Below are positions 27,601-34,257 of a stretch of DNA of 59,035 bases, in pieces. The position numbers and the translations under genes were made by a program. The DNA is from Candidatus Saccharimonadales bacterium (GTDB taxonomy: Bacteria > Patescibacteriota > Saccharimonadia > Saccharimonadales > UBA4665): NCBI GenBank assembly GCA_050730835.1, contig JBOHNS010000003.1:1-59035 (forward strand), read 5' to 3'. Within the stretch, counting starts at the first letter, position 1, and each line of letters opens with the position of its first letter. The notes under the pieces were generated by a model. It did no database searches, was not told where the DNA came from, and saw only the letters and a program-made list of their open reading frames with translations.

Positions 27601-27981
27601 GCTACTAAGCCAGGCGCCACTTGATGAACCGGCATCAAAATAGCGATTACTACAATTAGAACTTTGATTAAAAGTATCGCCATTATCTCCGCGGTATTCT
27701 GGTTGATAGGGCAGTATCTTCTGCATTTGACCGCCCGGGCCTGCCACGCCGCCGCATTTGTCGCTACGCGACGGCCAATTTACATTGCCACGTATGGCGC
27801 CGTACTGACTCAAAGAATACCATCGAGCGTGGACGCCGGGATCGCCACTACTTGCCAAAACTTGCGATGACGCAGAAGCAGCCAGAGCCACCGGTGATTT
27901 AACTATTAAACCACCTATCAATGAAACAGCAGCTATAACAAACACTAAGATTAACATGTGGCGACTTTTAGTGAAGGTCAT
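24604..27981 (-). CDS. Very large secreted protein with a PA14-like domain and a Gly/Ser-rich C-terminal tract (putative adhesin)
   Basis: Signal-like N-terminus MTFTKSRHMLILVFVIAAVSLIGGLIVKSPVALAASA. FTITPADLADIKAGGATFEGIADDWARLYINGT resembles PA14. Long G/S/T/N/Y-rich body, C-terminal GGGGSGGSGPGGSGGGGSVGGSSGGGSGGSGSG. Start uncertain (27981 or 27960; longest ORF reaches 28050). Confidence 0.6.
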   Translation of the reverse strand: MTFTKSRHMLILVFVIAAVSLIGGLIVKSPVALAASASSQVLASSGDPGVHARWYSLSQYGAIRGNVNWPSRSDKCGGVAGPGGQMQKILPYQPEYRGDNGDTFNQSSNCSNRYFDAGSSSGAWLSSGTSLGGWGTSGGNLGGVGSGFSSKLDGCSSYNNATAIWPSNYPYGTSEDPVDQMYTGEGAPGLYYQNYPRGARAPDNVYSNGIGLFQESFTITPADLADIKAGGATFEGIADDWARLYINGTPTAAESNSTAANFSLNLASYLSLLNTGPGNTNTIGIEAIDKAVTGTSDPGSRGSGLCYNLVAGNGNVMPPIPPPTTINCPGDPRIATNTIVTIPLPNTFADDSGKSGATTIPNDQYTQRKKDGQTKINSVNDLSSTAIGGSAVALTSKPPAGTKGAFTSATVDYTPFVNTYPYDHNQASISYQDYYTKTNWYSSSSPDYYTCNGGDTLNGTFSTCHHYTHYTATNVFSTQFQCTAFDAQGNCISGFNFQVFDFSYCNAGDTGGGGQNATCTHLANTYTGQPWYDWHQGVTPATDYVNTESDANGYNMNACFNRTYDLVPQDGTSNINDPENPTQATYNGSVKVKFDESEDGPAGKNLRVASEVSGIDTHVTVSVFHQTNNGSIVASGTYGGTVSPNLKSSYGPYGTGSTATGTVGVSWNFPVSLPPLKYGDKVCFDLSTNPSHGTISTKTPWGHLAVNSAGGRVATVGMRAQPNPPPASTCSTYTHAEPYLKVFGGDAVAGTTTAAGTASAPFQCTNSSAPIAAFNRDAAGGYAGAGTQLAAFAAAAIDQFASSQNSGPGPPTGLTFSNTNSSPYGGYFGASSSDCGSNYYATGQTNPGLTTLPSGSLTGAINGCSGHHAYQVAGGTISGATIPLGCNIAIYSSGAITISGDITYGGVTSQLSQMPNLEIITDGGDINIDNNVGKLAGQYVAENGGTINDCAGIGQADWFYDPPPDGSAPKAQTCGDTNLVVNGSLVASSLTLHRTAYDSAGDVSTIHLASPGAGPSFGAKAASVQLNNQSMNPIIITAKCILSRGGGRHHGGGCSSGGGGSGGSGPGGSGGGGSVGGSSGGGSGGSGSGNSAAEEFDYSPSVWLTYPNQKKGPTVQAITSLPPIL

Positions 27982-28441
27982 AACCAAGCGAGGCCAATAC
28001 ATTATTGTTTTTATCATAAACGATTTGAACTTTAGCACCAACTTTGACACCGCTCAAATCTTTAGTCGGAGTAAATAAAAGAGTTTTGGTGTAGACAGTT
28101 TTCGAGTTACTGGTAACTGTTAGCGATTTAGCCGGCTTGGTATTGCTTAAAATAGTAATTTTATGATCTTTTATAGCTGTAATTGTTCCGCCCATAGCTA
28201 GAGCATTTTTGGGCTGTACCGGAACAGTAATATGCTTATACACCGGCGCTGAATGAGCCGGCCGATAAAAAAACTGCCACCAAATCGCCGCGGCCACTAG
28301 CAAAATAACCACCACAAGCGCTGCGCCCAGCAGCCAGAGTTGCTTGGGCGACAAATTCTTAAAAGACCAATGCTGTTTGCGCGGCGGCTTAAAACTGTTC
28401 GACACGACGGCGGATTTGTTTGGTTTTGGTTGGTTAGCCAT
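27968..28441 (-). CDS. Membrane-anchored hypothetical protein
   Basis: 157 aa, one TM (LWLLGAALVVVILLVAAAIWW). Overlaps the start of the large gene downstream. Confidence 0.5.
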   Translation of the reverse strand: MANQPKPNKSAVVSNSFKPPRKQHWSFKNLSPKQLWLLGAALVVVILLVAAAIWWQFFYRPAHSAPVYKHITVPVQPKNALAMGGTITAIKDHKITILSNTKPAKSLTVTSNSKTVYTKTLLFTPTKDLSGVKVGAKVQIVYDKNNNVLASLGYDLH

Positions 28442-28555
28442 TTTTAGCGACTGGTTTAATTAACCTTATGCTTATAATCTATCAGTATAAACCACCAGCC
28501 AGTCGGCCGCAAGCAGATTGCGACGGCTGGCTATTATGCTTTTATTATTAACCAT

Positions 28556-28595
28556 CTACTTGCTACTTGCTACTTGCTACTTGCTACTTGCTACT
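28556..28595. repeat. (CTACTTG)n heptamer tandem repeat, about 5.7 units
   Basis: Read directly. On the coding strand (CAAGTAG)n encodes the last 5 residues and the stop codon of the toxin gene at 28577..28864. Confidence 0.9.
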
Positions 28596-28864
28596 AAATT
28601 ATAAACTTGGTTATGACTGCCGATGTCTAGAAAAATTATGTAATCCCCAGTTTCTTCATATATCACGCGAATGTCGCCAGCAATAGAGAACGCCCGTTTG
28701 CCATTGATCTTGCCCTTTAAGGCATGATCGTTTAAGGGATAGGCACGTTCGCCGGCTTCAAGGGCAGTAAGGCGGCTAATGTAGGCAGCTCTTAAATTAC
28801 CGTTCGGTGCAATTCGCTTTTTGTAGGATTTGTCAAAGCCTTTACTAAGACGTATCGGTTTCAT
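28577..28864 (-). CDS. YafQ/RelE-family toxin
   Basis: FDKSYKK...LNDHALKGKINGKRAFSIAGDIRVIYEETGDYIIFLDIGSHNQVY. Confidence 0.7.
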   Translation of the reverse strand: MKPIRLSKGFDKSYKKRIAPNGNLRAAYISRLTALEAGERAYPLNDHALKGKINGKRAFSIAGDIRVIYEETGDYIIFLDIGSHNQVYNLVASSK

Positions 28865-29148
28865 AGTTTGTCTAGGTGAGACATCATGTCTTGGACTGTA
28901 TGAAACGGCTTACTGACGTTCTTGGCCTGTTTGGCGTCTTCGGCTGCTTTATTGAGTCTCCTGAGTGCAGCGGGGCTTGGTTCGCCCCAATCATCGTCAC
29001 CAAAGCTAACGATGCGGCCTTCGGCCTCTGCCTGCGCCCAAACCCGAATATAGGCTTGAGCCGAGTCAAATCCGAGCCGTTTGGCTTTGGCCTCTAATTG
29101 TTCGCGGACAGTTTTATCAATTGGTATGTGGAGTATAGTGGTGCTCAT
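28861..29148 (-). CDS. Cognate antitoxin (RHH/DinJ-like)
   Basis: 95 aa, 4-nt overlap with the toxin. N-terminal IPIDKTVREQLEAKAKRLGFDSAQAYIRV. Confidence 0.55.
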   Translation of the reverse strand: MSTTILHIPIDKTVREQLEAKAKRLGFDSAQAYIRVWAQAEAEGRIVSFGDDDWGEPSPAALRRLNKAAEDAKQAKNVSKPFHTVQDMMSHLDKL

Positions 29149-29214
29149 AGTTTAAGGATTATAGCAAAATAATATCAACTTTGTCGACGCCGGCTTTAGA
29201 TTATGGCAGTGATT

Positions 29215-29631
29215 TTAGCGCCACGACGCCAGAGATTTGGTTGGCAAAAGTTTTTGGGCAAATTTGGCTAAAGACAAATCATTGGTAATAAATACATCAA
29301 CACCGGCTGATAAAGCTGTTGCCACATGCAGGGCGTCCGGCAGTTTCAGCCTGTTGCCGTAGCGTCGCCGAAGCTGGCCGGCCTTTAGGCAAATATCATC
29401 ATCGGCCGCAATTGTGGCAAAATGCTGAATATGAAAAAAGAAATTTTGCACATCCAGCTCGTTAGCACTTTTAGAAGCAATACCCAGAACTTCGCCGTAA
29501 GCTATCGACGAAGCAATGGCCTGATGCTTGCCGCCAGCAATATCGCGCACCAATTGCTGAGCAACCAGACTGTGTTTTTCATGCCCGGCAAGTGCCGCAA
29601 TCAAGACATTACTATCAAGCGCAAGACGCAC
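29215..29631 (-). CDS. vapC: PIN-domain toxin VapC
   Basis: LALDSNVLIAAL... with C-terminal ...ATALSAGVDVFITNDLSL acidic residues. Confidence 0.8.
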   Translation of the reverse strand: MRLALDSNVLIAALAGHEKHSLVAQQLVRDIAGGKHQAIASSIAYGEVLGIASKSANELDVQNFFFHIQHFATIAADDDICLKAGQLRRRYGNRLKLPDALHVATALSAGVDVFITNDLSLAKFAQKLLPTKSLASWR

Positions 29632-29648
29632 AATGCCTGCTAACTTTT

Positions 29649-29882
29649 CTAATCTTCATCGCGCATCTGCCGCAGTTTGGCGGTAGCATTTTTGGGAAAG
29701 ACTTCGTCATATGCACCTAAAAAATCGTCAAGTTCTTGGTCTTTACGAAAGACGATTTCCCTGTCTGTAACTTGCTTAATTGTAAAGCGCTGACCAGCCG
29801 GTTTCGTCAAACCCAGCTTTTTGCGAGCCGCTTTTGGTATAACAACTTGATACTTAGCAGAAAGTGTGACAACTGTTTTCAT
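29649..29882 (-). CDS. vapB: AbrB/SpoVT-type antitoxin VapB
   Basis: MKTVVTLSAKYQVVIPKAARKKLGL. Start taken at the internal ATG (29882); longest ORF reaches 29918. Confidence 0.7.
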   Translation of the reverse strand: MKTVVTLSAKYQVVIPKAARKKLGLTKPAGQRFTIKQVTDREIVFRKDQELDDFLGAYDEVFPKNATAKLRQMRDED

Positions 29883-30126
29883 ACGTTTAACTATAGCAAA
29901 TCGTTTAACAGTAATCAACTTAATACACCCGAATTACGAAATTCTACCTTTGTCATTCCGACCAACGCGGAGAAATCCCGACATAATTGCAATAGAGCCA
30001 ACGGGATCTCTGGACCAGTACCAACTTCAAGAAGACTGTCTTCTATAGGTGTTATTTTGTGGTAGCAATTAGATTATAGAGCTGGTTTGCGACGCCCGAC
30101 ACCAATTGAGGCCAGAAAAGCTATAG

Positions 30127-30429
30127 CTATAGCCGGGCGTCATAAACGTTGGCGGCGGCGCCGATTAGCTGAGCGTCTGCGCTGACAAAAACATAGTCTT
30201 CGGCGCTGGCCTGAGCCAGCAACAAAACATCGAATGGGTTTTTGTGCTTCAGCCGCACGCCGTCGTAGGCCTTCAAATGTTCGGTATCGATGTCCAGCAA
30301 CGAGAAGCCGGCAAGTTGCATGCCTTCCAGCAAGTAGGCGGTATTATGGGGAAATTTCTTGGTTTTATGTTTGATAGCTAATTCCCACAGCGTAGCTTTT
30401 GACACATAGACTCTGGCTCCAGAACACAA
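30127..30429 (-). pseudogene. Decayed PIN-domain (VapC-like) gene lacking an intact N-terminus and antitoxin partner
   Basis: C-terminal two thirds are PIN-like (VYVSKATLWELAIKHK...HKNPFDVLLLAQASAEDYVFVSAD). The in-frame upstream sequence NIFIWSLEQVDKL lacks the first catalytic Asp and an ATG and is closed by TAG. No antitoxin ORF lies upstream. Confidence 0.5.
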
Positions 30430-30650
30430 AAGCGCCTGGGTGCTGGAACTAAGCTTGTCGACTTGCTCAAGCGACCATATAAAAATATTGTTACGACTTT
30501 GTCCATAAATTTTATTCTATAACGCTTTTATAATGTAGGTCAAGACATGGTCAAGTCAAGAATCTTGAAAACTCCCACCCTGAGTCATTTTGACCTTAAG
30601 CCGAGAACTATCAATTACAGCTTCTAATGTACGGCTCCGCTTCCAAGTGT

Positions 30651-31046
30651 TTATAGTTTGACCACTTGCAAGCCCGGGATGTGAACGAAATCCCTGTCGA
30701 GAGTTAGCAACTTTTTGTTATGCTCCATAGCTATGGCCGCAATCCACATGTCGTTAGTGCCGATTGGCCGGCCGGCTTTGCGAAGTTTTAGGTAAATTTC
30801 CGCGTAGATGCTGGTTGTCTTATCATTTATTGTCAGTGTATCAACATTAGGCGCGTCCAGAAAACGCCTTAACAGCCCTTCGTTTGCCTGCCTTTTGTTC
30901 CCCGCCGCAAAGCCGGCGCGCAATTCCGCCACAACAATCAAAGGAATCAGTAGCTGATGCTTTGGTGAAAACCACGCCGCCAGGCGGCTGTCGCTGGCTC
31001 GACCATAAGCCGAGATGGCACTGCTATCGACGACAATTATTGCCAA
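30651..31046 (-). CDS. vapC: PIN-domain toxin VapC
   Basis: MAIIVVDSSAISAY... and TNDMWIAAIAMEHNKKLLTLDRDF. Confidence 0.8.
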   Translation of the reverse strand: MAIIVVDSSAISAYGRASDSRLAAWFSPKHQLLIPLIVVAELRAGFAAGNKRQANEGLLRRFLDAPNVDTLTINDKTTSIYAEIYLKLRKAGRPIGTNDMWIAAIAMEHNKKLLTLDRDFVHIPGLQVVKL

Positions 31047-31288
31047 AGCTTTTCGTCCACTCTGGACAAATTCTCGATCGCCGCGTCAAAGCTATCGTCA
31101 ATTTGCATTGCGCCGAATAGCCAGCCAAAGTCATCATCAGCTGACGTTTTGGTAGCACCAAAAAGCTGCAAACACAATAAATCGACCACCGTCTGATTAA
31201 ACGATTGGCCGGTTTGCCGCGAGCGCTTGCGAATGCTTTGATCGACGGCCGGCGGAATGTTGCGTATGGTGTATTGCAGCTTTGTCAT
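31037..31288 (-). CDS. Antitoxin (Arc/FitA-like RHH)
   Basis: MTKLQYTIRNIPPAVDQSIRKRSRQTGQSFNQTVVDLL. Overlaps vapC by 10 nt. Longest ORF reaches 31360. Confidence 0.6.
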   Translation of the reverse strand: MTKLQYTIRNIPPAVDQSIRKRSRQTGQSFNQTVVDLLCLQLFGATKTSADDDFGWLFGAMQIDDSFDAAIENLSRVDEKLWQ

Positions 31289-31404
31289 GCCTACATTGTA
31301 GGCTATGCAGGCATATTGCGTCAACTGGTTCGAGCCATTTAGAACTTCAATCAAATCCATAAATTACAATGAACTCTCAAAAACTCTAACCTTCCATCTA
31401 AAAA

Positions 31405-31432
31405 CTATAACCTAGAACCTATAACCTAAATC
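31405..31432. repeat. Degenerate heptamer repeat (CTAKAAC)x4
   Basis: ctataac ctagaac ctataac ctaaatc, immediately left of the GC-rich cassette boundary. Confidence 0.7.
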
Positions 31433-31436
31433 GTGG

Positions 31437-33363
31437 ATTGCGACATGTCAGACTTAAATACCCCGAAAGTGGGATACAGACAGGGTCGCAAAACGGTATG
31501 GCTCAAACAGCCGAGTGAATGAGCGCCTGCTCTTATCCCGAGAAAAATCCTCTCGATCAAAGAGCAGGTCGCTCTGATCCACTTTTACGCTGCCCGCGCT
31601 ACGATAGCGCTGACAGCACCTGCTGCACAACACTCTGGCTGACGGCGGCGGAGCCACCGAAAACCTGGATGTTGCGCACCGACTTCGTCGAGCTCAAGTA
31701 GCTCAACGTGTTGGCCGGCAGGGGGACGTTTGGGTTCACCAAGATGATCGGTGAACCTTCAAGCCCGAGTGCCGGGTCGGCGGCAAGCGCGTCTGGGAAG
31801 TCCAACCCTGTGGCAACCCCAATGGTGCTGGGGTTTGGGAAGAACTTCTGGGCGACGGCGACTGCCGTACCAAACCGATCGGTGTCTGCGACACAAATCG
31901 CCTGGGGGTCTGCCTGGCAAGCTTCCCCGCCGACTGCGTAGACTGTGGCTGGCTGGCTGGATGCCAGGTAGGCCGCGGTCACCGCTGACTGGCTGCTGCC
32001 ATTGCTCAACAGGATTGCTGCTTGCTGAGCGACGGCTGCTGGCCCGGCGGACAATGCGTCCGGGAAGTTAAGCCCCGTGGCCAGGAAGTCCACCTTGGGG
32101 TTACCCAACTGCCTAGCAACGGCGACAGCCGTAGCAAAGCGGGTCGGCCCGGACACGCGAACAACTTTGTAGCCCAGCGCCTGGATGGCGTTGGCTACGT
32201 TTGGTGCAAGCGCCGCGTTACCTCCAAGGAGGTACACGGTGCCGCCGGCTGGCAGAACCCGCTGCATCTCAGCCGCTGTGGCTGAGTTGAGCTTGCTAGG
32301 CTCTGTCAACAACAACGGACCTTGCTTGGCCGCAGCCAAAGGCCCGCCGGTCAGGGCGTCTGCGTAGACGTCATTCCTGGCCACAACGACTGACTGAGCG
32401 TTGCCAGCAGCATAGTCGGACTTCGACACAGCAATCGCCGTACCAATCCGGTTGGGCGGCTGGCCGCTCTCCCGCGTGGTCGAGACACCACTTGGCGGCG
32501 CTGGTTGCGTCGTCGAAGTAGTCGGCGGCCCGGTCGTGCTTGTACTGCTCGGCGGTGGTTGCACGACAGTTGTCGTCGTGCTCGCCGGCGGCGCTGGCGG
32601 CTGTGTCGTCGACGTGGTCGACGGCACGGTGGTCGTTGTCGATCCCATCGTGGTCGACGTGGTCGACGTTGACGTCGTGGTGGTTGTACCACCGCCGCCA
32701 CAGTCTGTCAGCCCGGGTAGCGTGAAAAAGCCACCTAGACTGTAGTCCGTGTCGTCGCTTGGCAGGCGGTTCTGCCCGAGCCCGATTCCCCAACTTGGAG
32801 AAATGGTCTCATTGACGGGATACGAACTCGACAACGAGAACGAAAACCTCCCCTTAGCGTCAATGGAAATATGCTGCGTATTTCCAGTTGACACATAGAA
32901 AAAGTGATACGTTGCCACCTGCGGGCCAGGCAGGTTACTCACTACACCGGAACCGCTGATGGTGCCGGCGCAGTCTCGCATTACCGTGTAGGTAACGCTG
33001 TAACTGCCGGTGCCATCCGAAAAGGGCGTACTGGCCGTCACGGTAGCGCTCGGCTCACTGGCGCTGGCTGCGCCGGAGGACACAAACCCTCCGACTGCTA
33101 GCGTAGCAGCCATGATTGTTGCGGTGGCGGGAAGCCATCGTCGCCTCAAGAATGAGAACATTTAAGTTCTCCTTTCGTTTAGCTTCGGCTTATCGCCTGC
33201 ACCGCAAATCCCAGGGTGGGATACGGACACAAGATTCTTAATAAATTAATTAAACCGCTTTTTAGATAAACTTAAACAATAAAGCAGCCCATAAAAATCC
33301 TCTGTCCGCATCCCAAACTTGGGAAAACCATATATTTTGCGAAAATTAGTCTGACATGTCAAT
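31437..33363. other. GC-rich single-gene cassette bounded by imperfect inverted repeats (putative horizontally acquired insert)
   Basis: Left end ATTGCGACATGTCAGACT...GTGGGATACAGACAG (31437..31483). The reverse complement of the right end reads ATTGACATGTCAGACT...TTGGGATGCGGACAG (33363..33302). The interior is visibly much more GC-rich than the flanks. Confidence 0.5.
31599..33161 (-). CDS. Secreted protein with a Thr/Ser/Pro-rich linker and three cell-wall-binding repeat 2 (CWB2)-like repeats
   Basis: Signal peptide MFSFLRRRWLPATATIMAATLAVGGFVSSGAASA. Linker TTTTTSTSTTSTT...QPPAPP. Three repeats of the type (D/N)R(I/F)(G/A)TA(I/V)AV(S/A)...(A/V)(V/A)(T/R)(G/N)..(F/Y)(P/A)DAL(S/T/A).GP.A..(Q/E)..P(L/I)(L/I)L, each containing DAL plus a Gly-Pro segment. 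Confidence 0.7.
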   Translation of the reverse strand: MFSFLRRRWLPATATIMAATLAVGGFVSSGAASASEPSATVTASTPFSDGTGSYSVTYTVMRDCAGTISGSGVVSNLPGPQVATYHFFYVSTGNTQHISIDAKGRFSFSLSSSYPVNETISPSWGIGLGQNRLPSDDTDYSLGGFFTLPGLTDCGGGGTTTTTSTSTTSTTMGSTTTTVPSTTSTTQPPAPPASTTTTVVQPPPSSTSTTGPPTTSTTQPAPPSGVSTTRESGQPPNRIGTAIAVSKSDYAAGNAQSVVVARNDVYADALTGGPLAAAKQGPLLLTEPSKLNSATAAEMQRVLPAGGTVYLLGGNAALAPNVANAIQALGYKVVRVSGPTRFATAVAVARQLGNPKVDFLATGLNFPDALSAGPAAVAQQAAILLSNGSSQSAVTAAYLASSQPATVYAVGGEACQADPQAICVADTDRFGTAVAVAQKFFPNPSTIGVATGLDFPDALAADPALGLEGSPIILVNPNVPLPANTLSYLSSTKSVRNIQVFGGSAAVSQSVVQQVLSALS

Positions 33364-33556
33364 GTGCGAACCTTGGGCGTCTTGATGGACAGCAACGCGA
33401 GCGATAAAAATCTTTGATTTTTATCGAGCTCAAAGCGGTGTCCGACGTTCCAATGTTGCTATTAAGCAACTTTAGTGCAGTTTGGCCAAAAAGTCAACCT
33501 CCCATAAATCTGAATCACAAAACCCCCCATCGGCGAAATTTGAATATTTTGATTGC

Positions 33557-33889
33557 CTAAAGCGGAGTGAAAATCAAACGTATGGCGGCCAGCACTGCAA
33601 CAAGTTTGGCAGTTTCCAGCGTGCCGTAAATTTGGCTGACAACCGACGGGTCGGCGGTAAATAATTTGTCGGGGCGAGCGTAGCTTTTGACCGGCAGGCT
33701 GCCGCTATGAAAATCTTTGGGCGCCAGCAAAATTGGGTTAGAACTGGAATAAGTTTTGGAGGTAATTTGGCACAAAATTATATCGCCAAAGTCGCCAATG
33801 GCGACAATTAGCGCCGGGCGCAGTTTCTTGATCGTCAAATCGGAAAACGGAAACGCGATCGAAACGACTTGGCCTATTTTAAGCTTGCC
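33557..33889 (-). CDS. mazF: MazF/PemK-family toxin
   Basis: GQVVSIAFPFSDLTIKKLRPALIVA...ILCQITSK...ARPDKLFTAD. ATG at 33889 overlaps the antitoxin stop. Confidence 0.75.
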   Translation of the reverse strand, partial: GKLKIGQVVSIAFPFSDLTIKKLRPALIVAIGDFGDIILCQITSKTYSSSNPILLAPKDFHSGSLPVKSYARPDKLFTADPSVVSQIYGTLETAKLVAVLAAIRLIFTPL

Positions 33890-34113
33890 CATGCTTTGTC
33901 TTCTGCTGGTCGCAACCAATCTTTGGCCAAAACTTTTTCCGATAAAAGCATGGTTTCAGACACTTTGGTTTTTTCTGGCTTGGCGGCCACGATGCTGATT
34001 TTGCCGTTGACAGCCTTTAGTTCAACGGCGCCGTTGAGGCCGCTTTCTTGAAGCAAAGGCTTCGGAATCCGTACACCTTTAGAATTGCCAATAGTTATGA
34101 TAGAAGTCTTCAT
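33874..34113 (-). CDS. mazE: AbrB/MazE-type antitoxin
   Basis: MKTSIITIGNSKGVRIPKPLLQESGL. Confidence 0.75.
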   Translation of the reverse strand: MKTSIITIGNSKGVRIPKPLLQESGLNGAVELKAVNGKISIVAAKPEKTKVSETMLLSEKVLAKDWLRPAEDKAWASLK

Positions 34114-34257
34114 AGTAATTACATTATAGTTACATTAACCTTACCCTGTCAAGTCGATTTCCTGGATTTCCTGAGGACTGTCCTCGGACAGATGAGAAAA
34201 ATGTGAATTTAGGTTTGTGGGTTTTAATCTGGGCTGGCGGCAGTCGGCGCGGCAAGC

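Noticed and set aside
31708-32793. Multiple overlapping ORFs on both strands inside the GC-rich cassette
   Set aside because: High GC suppresses stop codons in all frames. Only the 520-aa minus-strand frame has a signal peptide and recognisable repeats.
33482-33664. 60-aa plus-strand ORF between the GC-rich cassette and mazF
   Set aside because: It overlaps the 3' end of the well-supported mazF gene on the opposite strand and has no RBS or recognisable motif.
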